DNA of 64,000 nucleotides from Heteronotia binoei (Eukaryota): NCBI RefSeq assembly GCF_032191835.1, contig NC_083237.1, positions 17,422,001 to 17,486,000 of the forward strand, read 5' to 3'. Shown piece by piece: positions 48,398 to 58,979 of this stretch (position 1 is its first letter; each line of letters starts with the position of its first letter). The notes under the pieces were generated by a model. It saw only the letters and a program-made list of their open reading frames with translations, ran no database searches and was not told where the DNA came from. The position numbers and the translations under genes were made by a program.

Positions 48398-48831
48398 TAG
48401 GGTTGCCAAGTCCAATTCAAGAAATATATGGGGACTTTGGGGGTGGAGCCAGGAGACCTTGGGGGTGGAGCCAGGAGGCATTGGGGGCGGAGCCAGGAGC
48501 AAGGGTGTGACAAGCATAATTGAACTCCAAGGGAGTTCTGGTCATCACATGTAAAGGGACAGCACACCTTTTTAAACGCTTTCCTTCCATAGGAAATAAT
48601 GAAAGCTAGGGGCACCTTATTTTGGGGCTCATAGAATTGGACCTCCTGGTGCAATCGTTTTGAAACTTGGGGGGTATTTTGAGGAGAGGCACTAGATGCT
48701 ATTCTGAAAATGTGGTGCCTCTAACGCAAAAAACAGCCCCCCCAGAGCCCCCGATATATCCAGATCAATTCTCCATTATACCCTATGAGAATCGATCTCC
48801 ACATAGGGAATAATGAAGTGCCTAGCAGACA
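48398..48831. mobile_element. Family-2 hAT element with its right end deleted
   Basis: Paralogue of 12470-13176; copy B lacks the equivalent of 12903-13338. Confidence 0.85.
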
Positions 48832-49386
48832 TGCCTTTGCAGTCCCAGAGTCCATAGAGTATGAGCATCAAAGTGTGACCTGTAAGGGACAAAGCAATGG
48901 GCAAAACCAAAACCAAAGCAGGCCACTGCTGCAGTCAGCACAGCCCCCCCCCCCCCCGCCTTCAAGCAGCTGCTTGCTAGAACTCCAGTTCCAAGAATCC
49001 CTCCGTTCAGAGCCCTGGCTGTGAGAATGACTTCTCTTCTTCCTGCAGAGTCCGGCAGTGGCCAAGAGAGGAGAGCCAACCCCGTCGGCTCCCAGCTGCC
49101 CGTCCGCCGCACCCACGTCCCGCCGGAGCGTCACCAACTTTTTTCAGTGGGTCCGCAACGTCTTTAGCCGGTCTTCCCTAAGGAGTCAACAGCGCAGCCC
49201 AGCTGCAAGAGGCGAAAGGCAGCGCAAAAATATCGGCACGCGGCTGCGAGGCTGGATCAGGAAGCACCTGGGGCGAGTGCACCCCGACAACTGCTGAGGC
49301 GCAGACAGGTCACGAGCGCTCAAACTTTGTGAACGAGGACTTCCTGCTGCTTTTAAACTGTTTACTCATCATGGTTACTGCTAGTA

Positions 49387-49700
49387 TTAGATATAATAAG
49401 GCTTTGTGAAGCATTAGTTATGGTAAGGCTTGCTGAAGCATGAGTTATAGTAAGGCTTGCTGAAGCATTAGATATAATAAGGCTTGCTGAAGCATTAGTT
49501 ATAGTAAGGCTTGCTGAAGTATTAGTTATGGTAAGGCTTGCTGAAGCATTAGATATAATAAGGCTTGCTGAAGTATTAGTTATAGTAAGGCTTGCTGAAG
49601 CATTAGTTATAGTAAGGCTTGCTGAAGTATTAGTTATAGTAAGGCTTGCTGAAGCATTACTTATAGTAAGGCTTGCTGAAGTATTAGTTATGGTAAGGCT
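49387..49700. repeat. 27-bp minisatellite, about 11-12 units, at the right end of Y(B)
   Basis: Same unit, and the same exit junction GGTAAGGCT-GAATCCCACCACTG as at 14604. Confidence 0.95.
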
Positions 49701-49830
49701 GAATCCCACCACTGCTCACACCCCTGTTGTAGCCAATTCTCCTGGAGCTTTCAGTAAGCCCTGTAAAAAGAGCCCTGTAAGAGCCCTGTAAGCTCTTGGA
49801 GATGTAGCATAATGTGTAAAGGAGTTCCAC

Positions 49831-50125
49831 TTTGGTGTAGCAGTTAAGTGTGTGGACTCTTATCTGGGAGAACCGGGTTTGATTCCCCACTCCTCCACTT
49901 GCAGCTGCTGGAATGGTCTTGGGTCAGCCATAGCTTTCGTAGGAGCTGTCCTTGAAAGGGCAGTTTCTGTTAAAGCTCTCTCAGTCCCACCCACCTCACA
50001 GGGTGTCTGTTGTTGGGGGGAAGGTAAAGGAGATTGTGACCACTCTGAGACTCTGAGATGCAGAGTATAGGGCAGGGTATAAATCCAATATCATCATCTT
50101 CTTCTTCTTCTACTACTACTACTAC
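49831..50125 (+). mobile_element. Squam3-like SINE
   Basis: Paralogue of 14735-15021. Confidence 0.8.
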
Positions 50126-50183
50126 TAAAAAAGAAGCCCTACTGCCCAGCATGGATTCTTTTTTGCGGGGCAGGGGGAGAGGG

Positions 50184-50312
50184 TTGCCATCAAGTCACAG
50201 CTGAATCCCCCCCCCCAAAAAAAAATCTGTTTTTATTTTAATTGTAGGTGACCTTGTCGGGATTTCAAGGCTTCTGCGATCTGGCAAGACCAGGCCTGCT
50301 GGGGCATCCAGG
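50184..50312 (-). mobile_element. 5S-derived SINE, internally deleted
   Basis: Paralogue of 15077-15295 lacking its central part. Confidence 0.65.
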
Positions 50313-50322
50313 TCAGGACAAC

Positions 50323-51135
50323 ATGGATGTTAGCCAATATCTATTACGGATCGGGTACCAGGGTCCCGCCCAGCCTTCTCTGGAGACCTCGCACCGTCTC
50401 TACCGTTGCCATCCCCTCTCCATGCCCTTTGGGAGCCTGAGCATTCACTGTGGGGAGCCAATCTCCTTGGCGTTGCCCCTTCTCTACGACAAGATTGTCC
50501 GGTGCCACCGGGACGGTTTCTGTTACGAGCTGAACGGGCTTTTCTTGTGGCTGCTGCAGACGCTGGGATTTGACACCAAAGCAGTGTCCGGTTGCGTCCG
50601 GAACCCTTTCACGGGGCACTATGGCCCTCCTCTGCACCATATGGGGATTTTGGTCCAGTTGGATGGACGCTCCTTCCTCTGCGATGTCGGTTTTGGGGAA
50701 GCCTTTCTAGAGCCACTGGAGTTGAAGCCGGACTCAGAACAAGTCCAAGATGGAGGCATCTTCTGGCTCGGCAATAAGGGGGGAGTTTGGGTCTTGGAGC
50801 GCCGGGAAGTTCCTGGCAAGGACGGGAGACATTTGTATCAATTCACCCTTGAGGAGAAGAAGCTGGAGGATTTTGCTGACATGTGCCTTTATCACCAGAC
50901 TTCGCCCAGTTCTATCTTCCCCTGCAAATCCTTCTGTTCCTTACATCAGGAAGACGGTGGGCGCCTTACCTATATGGGATGGCGTCTCATCTCCACAATG
51001 GGGGAGAAACGTACGGAGACCCCACTGCAAAGCTCTGAGATCCCAGCCGTCCTGCGTGAGAAATTTGGGATTCAGTTGGAGAGGGACTTCGAGCCAAAGG
51101 ACGAAAAGATCATGCCACCTCCTGAAGAAGGCTGA
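50323..51135 (+). CDS. NAT: Arylamine N-acetyltransferase copy 3, 270 aa, open frame but with many private missense changes
   Basis: ATG at 50323 (the track ORF starts at an upstream GTG that follows a splice acceptor). Triad C67/H106/D121 is intact; L23S, R24H, H27Y, L31P, V34M, R91C and V108G relative to copy 2. May be non-functional. Confidence 0.75.
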   Translation: MDVSQYLLRIGYQGPAQPSLETSHRLYRCHPLSMPFGSLSIHCGEPISLALPLLYDKIVRCHRDGFCYELNGLFLWLLQTLGFDTKAVSGCVRNPFTGHYGPPLHHMGILVQLDGRSFLCDVGFGEAFLEPLELKPDSEQVQDGGIFWLGNKGGVWVLERREVPGKDGRHLYQFTLEEKKLEDFADMCLYHQTSPSSIFPCKSFCSLHQEDGGRLTYMGWRLISTMGEKRTETPLQSSEIPAVLREKFGIQLERDFEPKDEKIMPPPEEG

Positions 51136-52558
51136 GAAGGTAGAAGGGAAACGGGTCTCCGATTTGGACAGCAGGCTAGAAACTGGATTATACATCATCT
51201 CTTTGCACACAGGTTTCAGTCTCTGTCAGAACGGATGTCATATCACGGGATGTTCCAGAACATTCTAACTTCAGAAAGGGGAGGGGCAGTCAATTTTGAT
51301 GTTTCAGGCATAGAAAAAAAATGATTCCCACATGGTGCTTTGTCTTCCTACAGCAAGGTGGAGCTGCCCCCAGGTTGTTTTAATCAAGAAGCAACTAGGG
51401 AAAGATTTGAGGATGGAGTGTGTGGAAGGCAGGGTTTGGGGAGGGGAGTGACTTCAGCGGAGTATAACACCATACACTCCACCCTCCCAAGTATGGTTGC
51501 CATGTGACTGCTGCGGATGGGAGATCTCCTACCGCCCATTGGCTCTTACCTTCTGGCACTCCAAGTGGCCAGCAGAAGAAAGAAAAAAAAATCACCACTG
51601 GCAATAGTGGCATCATGTCCAAGAAAACCTGAACATGATGCCAGTCGTATCTAGGAATTGCTGGAAATTCTATGGTTTTGCCATAGAGGTTCTGGAAATT
51701 CCTAGAGAGGTGGCACCACACTGTCGCTGCAGGCCACTTCTCATTCCTCCACCTGGTTGTCCTACTACGCCTGGCCCCCTGACTTCCAAAGCAGCCAGTT
51801 TCTCTAGAAGAACTAATTTTTGTAGTCTGGAGATCCACTGTAATTCTGGGAAGTCTCCAGGCCCCATCAGGAAGCTGGCCATCCTGTCTGTGACAATCGA
51901 GGAATTTCCCCCAATTTCTATGGTATTTACTATACTGATTGGGGAAATTCCTACAGGGTTGTGACATTACTTCCAAGTGATCATCTGCAAGCGATGTCAC
52001 AGTGACCCAGGTGCTCCCGCCAAGCCCCACCCCCCAAAAGCTCCCAGGATTGGCAGCTGCGAGCCTGGCATGGCATGAGGAGGCCGGGGTTTCAGTTCTG
52101 AATATTCCCTGGTCTTCGAGGCATCCGATGTGATATTTTGGAAAGATACCATTGCAGCAGCCTGTTTGAAAAAAAAAATGCTGGTCCTTTACAAAAGCAA
52201 TTTGATCATTTTTCTAGTGCGGTTCACAGTTTTTTCGAGTTGCACTTAAAGGCCTCGATATAATCTTAAGGACCACAACAGAATATGTGAACTTGAATGC
52301 ATATTGTTAATGAGTGTATGGAATATTTATTGTGTAAAATTCATTGAATGATTATACGGGTGACTGCAAATAATATCTGTTTCTATTATTAGACACGTGG
52401 TGTAGTTTCTTTTTGTTTCTCCTTTGTTCATTATCATCCCATTCCCTTTTTGTGGTGTGCTTAAAAAAAGCCTGTGCAAGCAGAAAACCAGCAGCCCAAG
52501 GGGACAGATCTGCTAAAGTCATGATTAAAAAGTGAGTGCAGCTGTGGGTAACAAGTCC

Positions 52559-52923
52559 CAGGGCTTTTTTTTTTTTTTTGCAGGAATTTCTTTGTATATT
52601 AGGCCACAGGCCCCTGATGTAGCCAGTCCTCCAAGAGCTTTCAGTAGGTCCTGTACTAAGAGCCCTGTAAGCTCCTGGAGGATTGGCTACATTAGGGGTG
52701 TGTGGCCTAATATGCAAAGGAGTTCCTGTTACAAAAAAAGTCCTAGCAACCAGGAGTGGAATTCTAGCAGGTGCCCCTTTGCATATCAGGCCACACACCC
52801 CTGATGTAGCCAATCCTCCAAGAGCTTACAAAAAAAAGAGCCTTGTAAGCTCCTGGAGGATTGGCTACATCAGGGGTCTGTGGCCTAATATGCAAAGGAG
52901 CTCCTGTTAGAATTCCACCCCTG
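52559..52923. mobile_element. Two adjacent related hAT MITEs (52559-52745 and 52751-52923)
   Basis: The second has TIRs CAGGAGTGGAATTCTAG/TTAGAATTCCACCCCTG and TSD CTAGCAAC/CTAACAAC; the first has a family-1 left TIR and a decayed right end. Confidence 0.8.
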
Positions 52924-54129
52924 CTAACAACAAACTTCTTTGTTGAAAGAACCAAACTGGAGAGAACCAAACTGGAGAGCAATCAGGCAAAACAGGCAAT
53001 ATATATAGTTGGGGAAGGACACACCTCTTTTAGTTGGCTGGTCTCTTCAGGATCCTTCATTTGCATGTACATTGATACACGCCTTGTGTCCCGATTGGCC
53101 AGTTCAGGCGGAATAGCCAATCAGAACGTTGGGATTTGGGTCCTGGAGGGTAGAACCATGCTTCAGTTACTAACACTATGAACAGTATATGAGCAAGAAC
53201 ACAGAACAGCACATAATAGTCTTGCTAGTTTTCTATCTGCAGGAAGTTCGGGCATGGGCAAGCATTCTAAAACACGATCTCCAATCTAATCACACAGACC
53301 ACTCTACCTGCATGTGTGAACGAGGCCTCCTCGTGCCTCTGCACTGGGTTTAATGAGCTCCTCTCCATGCAGAGATGCAGCAGCCTTATCTGTCCACAGT
53401 GGAGGCAGGCTCACAGGAACTCATGCAGATCTGCAACAGGTAGACTCCAAGGGCAGATTGCTCTTATTCTTTAAAACAAGCCTTGGGCAAGAGGTAAGAA
53501 TGAAGCACGAATCCAATTTTAACTCAGAAGCAAGCCTGCATCAGCTACCAGCTGTTAGGGAAACAGCAGGTTCAAAGAACAACAGATGTGCAACAGTCAC
53601 AGAGGAGCTGCATGGAGAGCATTGATAGCCACCCTCTGCCACGTGAAGCAGGCAGATAAAGTAGTCCCTGTTCTCGAAAGAAGGGGCGGAGGGAGAGCAG
53701 AGCTCCTTCAGGCGCCCGGTAGGGATTCCTTTGCACGTTACAGGAGGCCTGGCTATAGGTGAGGGGTGTTCATACTGACTTTTAAAGGGTTGAGGGAGGA
53801 GCCAAAGGCGGGGCTAGTTGAAACAGGAGAAGCCCACACCATGGGTTGTAAACAAGCCTTTTTGACTTGCATGTAAAGCAGGGATTTCGGTGGTGTGCAA
53901 CAACCAGGAGTAAGAGCTGGGAAGAGTGGGCTGGGAGGGGGATCGGTGGGGAGGGGGGGTGACAAAGCAGGGAGGACCTAAGGTGACCACATTTCTTTCT
54001 TTCGAAGGCTCCTGAACTTCTAAGTCCTGCAAGACAGGTAGGAATTCATGATTTTTTCATCCCTGCAGGGCAGACACACACCTCCTTATTTTTGTCTGTC
54101 TTGCAGCTATTACAGGTTCATGCGCTCTG

Positions 54130-55080
54130 CGGAGTTGTTCAGGGTGGTGAGAACCAGGGAGGACTGTGAGGCACTCCAGAGGGATCCGTCAAGGCTGGGC
54201 GAATGGGTGTCAACATGGCAAAGGAGGTTCAGTGTGGGCAAGTGCCAAGTAATAAATACACAGTGGGGCCAAAAATCCTAACTATAAATATACATGGATG
54301 GGGTCTGAACTGGCAGTAACTGTAGTTAACTCCCTTGAAAACGCTGACTCAGTGTCCGACTGCAATAAAAAGGGAAAATGCAATGCTGGGGATTATTAGG
54401 AAGGCGACTGAATACAAATTAGGCAGTATCATAATGCCCCTGTATAAATTGACGGTGTGGCCTCATTTGGAATACTGTGTACAATTCTGGTCACCGCACC
54501 TCAAAAAAGATTTTATACCATTGAGAAAAGTGCAGAAAAGGGCAACTAAAATGATTAAGGGAATGGGACGCTGTCTGTATGAAGAAAGGTTGAAGAGGTT
54601 AGGGCTCTTTAGCTTGGAGAAATGACATGAGAGGTTTACAAGATTATGCATGGGATAGAGAAGATAAAGAAGTACTTTTCTCCCTTTCTCACAATACAAG
54701 AAGTTGTGTGCAGTCAATGAAATTGATGAACAGTAGGTTTAGAACAAATAAAAAGAAATCCTTCAAGAGCAAGTAACACACGGAATTCACTGCCACAGGA
54801 GGTGGTGGCAGCTATGAGCATAGGCAGCTTCATGAGTGGATTGGATAAACATATGGGCCATCAGTGCCTATTAGCCACAAAGTATACATGGAACATTCCG
54901 TCTGGGGCAGTGATGCTCTGTGTTCTTGGTGCTTGGGGGGCACCAGCGGATGGTTTCTGGACTTCTGGCCCCACCGGTGGACATCCTGATGATGCCTGGG
55001 TTTTGGCCACTGTGTGAAACAGAGAGTTGGACTGGATGGGCCATTGGCCTGATTCAGCACGGCTTCTCTTACGTTCTTAT
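54130..55080 (+). mobile_element. CR1 3' fragment (RT end to tail), uninterrupted
   Basis: NAMLGIIRK...PHLEYCVQFWSPHLKKD...VQKRATKMIKG...YEERLKRLGLFSLEK, then the CR1 3' UTR. Confidence 0.9.
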
Positions 55081-55782
55081 ACGTTCTCAATAGACAATGG
55101 GCATCTTTGGTTGAGAAGGTATTCCGCACTTAACTGGCAAATTGAGAAGCACACTGAACCATTCCCTTGGGAACCTGAGGTGAAAGGTGGTGATATAAAT
55201 TCAAAAAAGCCGCCCATTGCAGAATGCAAGTGGGATTCAGATGGTGCCAAACCTAAATCCATTTGGCGTGATTGAAGGAGCAGTGGAGATTTGTAAAGCA
55301 GGCATCATTTCCTTGGACTACCTTCAGGCTGCGGGAAAAGAGCATGCAGGCGTTCCAGTTTCACTGAGCTCTTCATCCTTCCGAACAGGAAAGTAGCAAC
55401 ACTTCATGAATTACACATGACTGGATATATTTACAACATTGTTTGTTGGTATTTTGCATTGTTTCTTGGTATTTTACCAGAAACGTGAAACAAAAGTCCC
55501 TGGCTCTTCATGTCAGAACTTTGGCATTATTAACTTCCGGAAAGGTGCTTATATTCTTATGCAAATTCTTTTTTGTGTGGAGAATAATGCATAACACTGC
55601 CTGAGATTGTGCTGTAAGGTGTATATGTGCTAAGGTTGTCAAGCCAGGCTTGGTAACTAGTGAGGTTAGGGGTGGGGAGTGGAACATAGCATGAGTGAGG
55701 CTGACAGTGCCTCTGTGTCACTTCGCAGTGAAACCTGAAAGTGATATAGGGCAGCTCTAGGAATTGCTGGAAACTCTATAGT

Positions 55783-55964
55783 CAGGGCTTTTTTTGGGAG
55801 CAGGAAGTCCTTTGCATATTAAGCCACATACCCCTGGTGTAGCCAATTCTTCAGGAGTTTACAGAGCTCTTAGTACAGGGCCTACTGTAAGCTCCAGGAG
55901 GATTGGCTACATCTGGAGTGTGTGGCCTAATATGCAAACGAGTTCCTGCTACAAAAAAGCCCTG
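55783..55964. mobile_element. hAT MITE, family 1
   Basis: CAGGGCTTTTTT/AAAAAAGCCCTG; TSD TCTATAGT/TCTATGGT. Confidence 0.85.
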
Positions 55965-56130
55965 TCTATGGTAAACCCATTTTTTCTTTCACTACAGCAG
56001 CCCTACGTTTTGAGTGTGTGTTTGATTGTAATGATGGATTGATGGAAGTGTTGATTCTGTGAAGCTAGATTGCCTTCTCTCATTCTCCATGTCTGCTTTT
56101 CCCTCCTCTGCCCCAGAGGCCTTGGCAGTG

Positions 56131-57102
56131 ATGGTTCTGAGCAAGAAAATTCCTGACATCCACATTTTCAGCACCAGAGCCGGAGACGTGGCCATTCGCC
56201 CTGACCTGAACTGTTACCTCCTCCTGCCCAATATACCAACCTCCCCCTGCGCCGAGCTACGGCCCCTGCACCCTACTGTGCATGGCGGCAAACACTACTT
56301 CAGCTCCCGTTGGCATGACTCTGTCTACGTCATCATGGGCAACAAATTCACAGAGGCCCAAGACCTCAGTGTCGGGTCCACCAGCCAGGTCCGTGGCCTC
56401 CACCCAAGCTGCTGTGGGGGGCAACATTACTTTGTCGTCTCTGGCGGCTTCGTCATCATTCTGAGCCAGGGCACTTCGACAGCAGTGAAGGACTTGGCCA
56501 CGGGAGAACCAGTTCCTGGCCTGTATCCGGGACACCAGTGGTCCACGGAGAAAGTGGGAAGCATCCGTAGCTATCTCTACTGGCACCTGTGGGATAACTT
56601 CAGTGGAAGTTTCTTCACGTTACACCCCAATATCCTCAGCTTTCTGCCCGGGGGTCTCGGCCTCACCAAGGGGCCTGCATTTGGGGCTTGGAAACTGTTA
56701 ACAACCCTCCACAACTACTCTGACATCCCCGTCGCCAAGTCACACAGACTGTTCCGGAAGGTGGGCTACACTAAGGAGAAGTTGGCTGACGTTGGAAATG
56801 GCTGGTCAGCATCTCTGCCCAATTCTCCTGAGCCAAGCTGCGTCATTGTGGAACTAGCCAAGGCCCAGTTTGCGCTACCAACTCAGTATGGAGGGATGGG
56901 CCTTGACACAGAACAAGAGGAATGGGAAGAGGTCCATGAGGAAGAGAAGATCCTAGAAGCCGCACTGCAACCTAATGAGGTGGCCTACGCATGGCAGTAC
57001 CAACTAGGCCTCGGCAAAGAAGCCATTTTGTTTTGCAGAGAAATTAAGGTCACCAGCAGTTCTGACCCACCCTACGAGATCCCCCTGCCTCCTTCATCCT
57101 AA
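56131..57102 (+). CDS. Uncharacterised 323-aa protein with N-terminal LHPxxxGGxHY repeats and a beta-rich C-terminal domain (candidate lectin-like plus aerolysin-type fold)
   Basis: Intact ORF in non-repetitive sequence; strong acceptor (long pyrimidine tract, CCCCAG at 56111-56116); Kozak GCAGTGATGG at 56131 (alternative ATG at 56089); AATAAA at 57406; N-terminus aligns with the paralogue at 63757. The fold assignment is inference. Confidence 0.8.
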   Translation: MVLSKKIPDIHIFSTRAGDVAIRPDLNCYLLLPNIPTSPCAELRPLHPTVHGGKHYFSSRWHDSVYVIMGNKFTEAQDLSVGSTSQVRGLHPSCCGGQHYFVVSGGFVIILSQGTSTAVKDLATGEPVPGLYPGHQWSTEKVGSIRSYLYWHLWDNFSGSFFTLHPNILSFLPGGLGLTKGPAFGAWKLLTTLHNYSDIPVAKSHRLFRKVGYTKEKLADVGNGWSASLPNSPEPSCVIVELAKAQFALPTQYGGMGLDTEQEEWEEVHEEEKILEAALQPNEVAYAWQYQLGLGKEAILFCREIKVTSSSDPPYEIPLPPSS

Positions 57103-57405
57103 ATCTCAGCCAGGAGCGGATCTATATGTTTTGGGGGGCAGGGCAAAATTAAAAAATGACGTCCCCTTTACAGGCCATTCTGTCTTATCGTCCCATAGAA
57201 TACAATGGACTCCATACCCAATATGGCGCCCCCCCCCCCCTCCGTCAGCGCCAGGACAAACATCCCTCTTTGCCCCCTCCCCAGATCCGGCCCTCATCTT
57301 AGCCCTTTCCCATCTCTCATTCGTGCCTCTTCTTTATCTCAGTGGAACATAAGCATTGCAAGATTGTTTGGTGAAGCTGTGTTTTAGGACGCGTGTGAAG
57401 AATTT

Positions 57406-57411
57406 AATAAA
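57406..57411 (+). terminator. Polyadenylation signal of the 56131-57102 gene
   Basis: AATAAA about 300 nt after the stop codon. Confidence 0.5.
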
Positions 57412-58481
57412 ACCCTTAGATGCTTTAATTTAAACTGAGGATGCATTTTGTACCGGGGGGGGGGGACCACGAGGATGGAGGCTCCCTGCAGATAGAAATC
57501 TAGCACACTTCTCCCCCCATGGATTCATTTTCTTCCTGTGGGGAGCATCATTTGTTCCCAAGTACCTGTTCCAATAACTAGACTTTCTCTTCCCATGTGA
57601 TGGAACAGGGGAAAACCATAAATTAGAACTGCAATTCTGAAATAAGTTTTTTAAAACATGATAATTGATGAGTTAAACATGGCCTCCTTAGGGTGAGCTA
57701 TGCCTGGACTTGTGTCCCTTCCAACCCTAAAAAACATGGCTGAAAGGAAGAGAGGCATCTTCATTAATGCCCCCTAATCTGCCCTGCTGCAAGAAAACTA
57801 GTCAGGGTGGGAGGAAAGCTGGGCTAGATTTCCATTCACTGAGGTGGCTTCATAGTGAAAGAACAGGAAGCCAACCAGAATTGTTTGGGGGAGCAGGGAG
57901 ATGCAACAATCCCTAGAAACAGGACAGCGCATTGCACTTAATTGAGGGGTGGGGGCTGAATTCGAATCTCTGTTCAACCATACAGCTATGGAATCCTTTG
58001 CCAGCCACTCTCTCTAAGCCTAACCTCACCACACAAGATGGCTGTGATAACTTGGTGAGAGTGAAGCCATTTCCCTTTCCCAAGTGCCTAGAATAAAAGG
58101 CAGGAGAAAATTAAAATGCAAGTTGAAAAGGGCACGGTAAACGTCAAAAGGTTGGTGAATCTTGACTTTCACCAGTTCATAAAAAGGTTGCACGAGACTG
58201 CCTGGCTTACTAGGTCTTTCCCATTTATGGGTGAATGAAGAGTAGGGCTGTCACCTGTGCAAAAATGAGGGGCAAAAATGCAATTATTATTATTCCAGCT
58301 TTGCCAGAAGGAAGAGAAAGTCGCTCTGGCCGACTTGACACCCTCAACCCAGGGGAGATCCCAGCGCAGCCCTCTTAGCTCCCGCGACCACTGCTCCAGG
58401 AGAAGGCTCACGCCGTTGCCAACTCTCCCGGCCAGCCGCCCCCCCCCCCGCACCTCCCGTGCCTTTAAACCCGGGCTGGCC

Positions 58482-58967
58482 TAGGGTTGCCAATCCCCAA
58501 GTGGGGGCAGGGGATCCCCCGGTTTGGAGGCCCTCCCCCTGCTTCAGGGTCGTCAGAAAGCAGGGGGAGGGGAGGGAAATGTCTGCTGGGAACTCTGTTA
58601 TTTCCTATGGAGATTTATTCCCATAGAAAATCATGGAGAATTGATCTGCGGGTATCAGGGGCTCTGGGGGGGCTGTTTTTTGGGGTAGAGGCACCAAATT
58701 TTCAGTAGAGCATCTAGTGCATCTCCCCAAAATAGCCCCCAAGTTTCAAAAGGATTGGACCAAGGGACCCAATTCTATGAGCCCCAAAAGAAGGTGCCCC
58801 TATCCTTCACTATTTCCTATGGAAGGAAGGCATTGAAAAGGTGTGCCGTCCCTTTAAATGTGATGGCCAGAACTCCCTTTGGAGTTCAATGATGCTTGTC
58901 ACAGCCTTGATCTTGGCTCCACCCCCAAAGTCCCCAGATATTTCTTGAATTGGACTTGGCAACCCTA
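58482..58967. mobile_element. hAT non-autonomous element, family 2
   Basis: Perfect TIRs TAGGGTTGCCAA/TTGGCAACCCTA and a perfect TSD GGCTGGCC. Confidence 0.93.
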
Positions 58968-58979
58968 GGCTGGCCGGGA

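Larger units (their letters stand above)
43100..49297 (+). pseudogene. Gene remnant 'G', copy B
   Basis: Candidate exons 43100-43264, 43418-43582 (duplicate), 45948-46127, 47496-47831 and 49049-49297; splice sites and frames of these exons are preserved as in copy A. Confidence 0.5.
28793..49700. other. Duplicated block Y, copy B (complete, about 20.9 kb)
   Basis: Bounded at both ends by the 27-bp minisatellite; colinear with 1-14604 from 29358 onward. Confidence 0.95.
49717..54343. other. Duplicated module N3, continuing into unique flank
   Basis: Colinear with N1 and N2 up to GAAAACG (54337-54343); after that the CR1 continues natively. Confidence 0.92.

Noticed and set aside
28793-49700. 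Block Y as a giant transposon or ERV with minisatellite-containing LTRs
   Set aside because: The two ends share only the minisatellite, with different flanks; there are no TIRs, no clear TSD, no Helitron-type ends and no element-wide coding capacity.
1-54343. Whole duplication as an assembly artefact (uncollapsed haplotypes)
   Set aside because: Three N copies, two X and two Y with private TE insertions, deletions and novel junctions are hard to derive from two alleles. Not formally excluded without read depth and spanning long reads.
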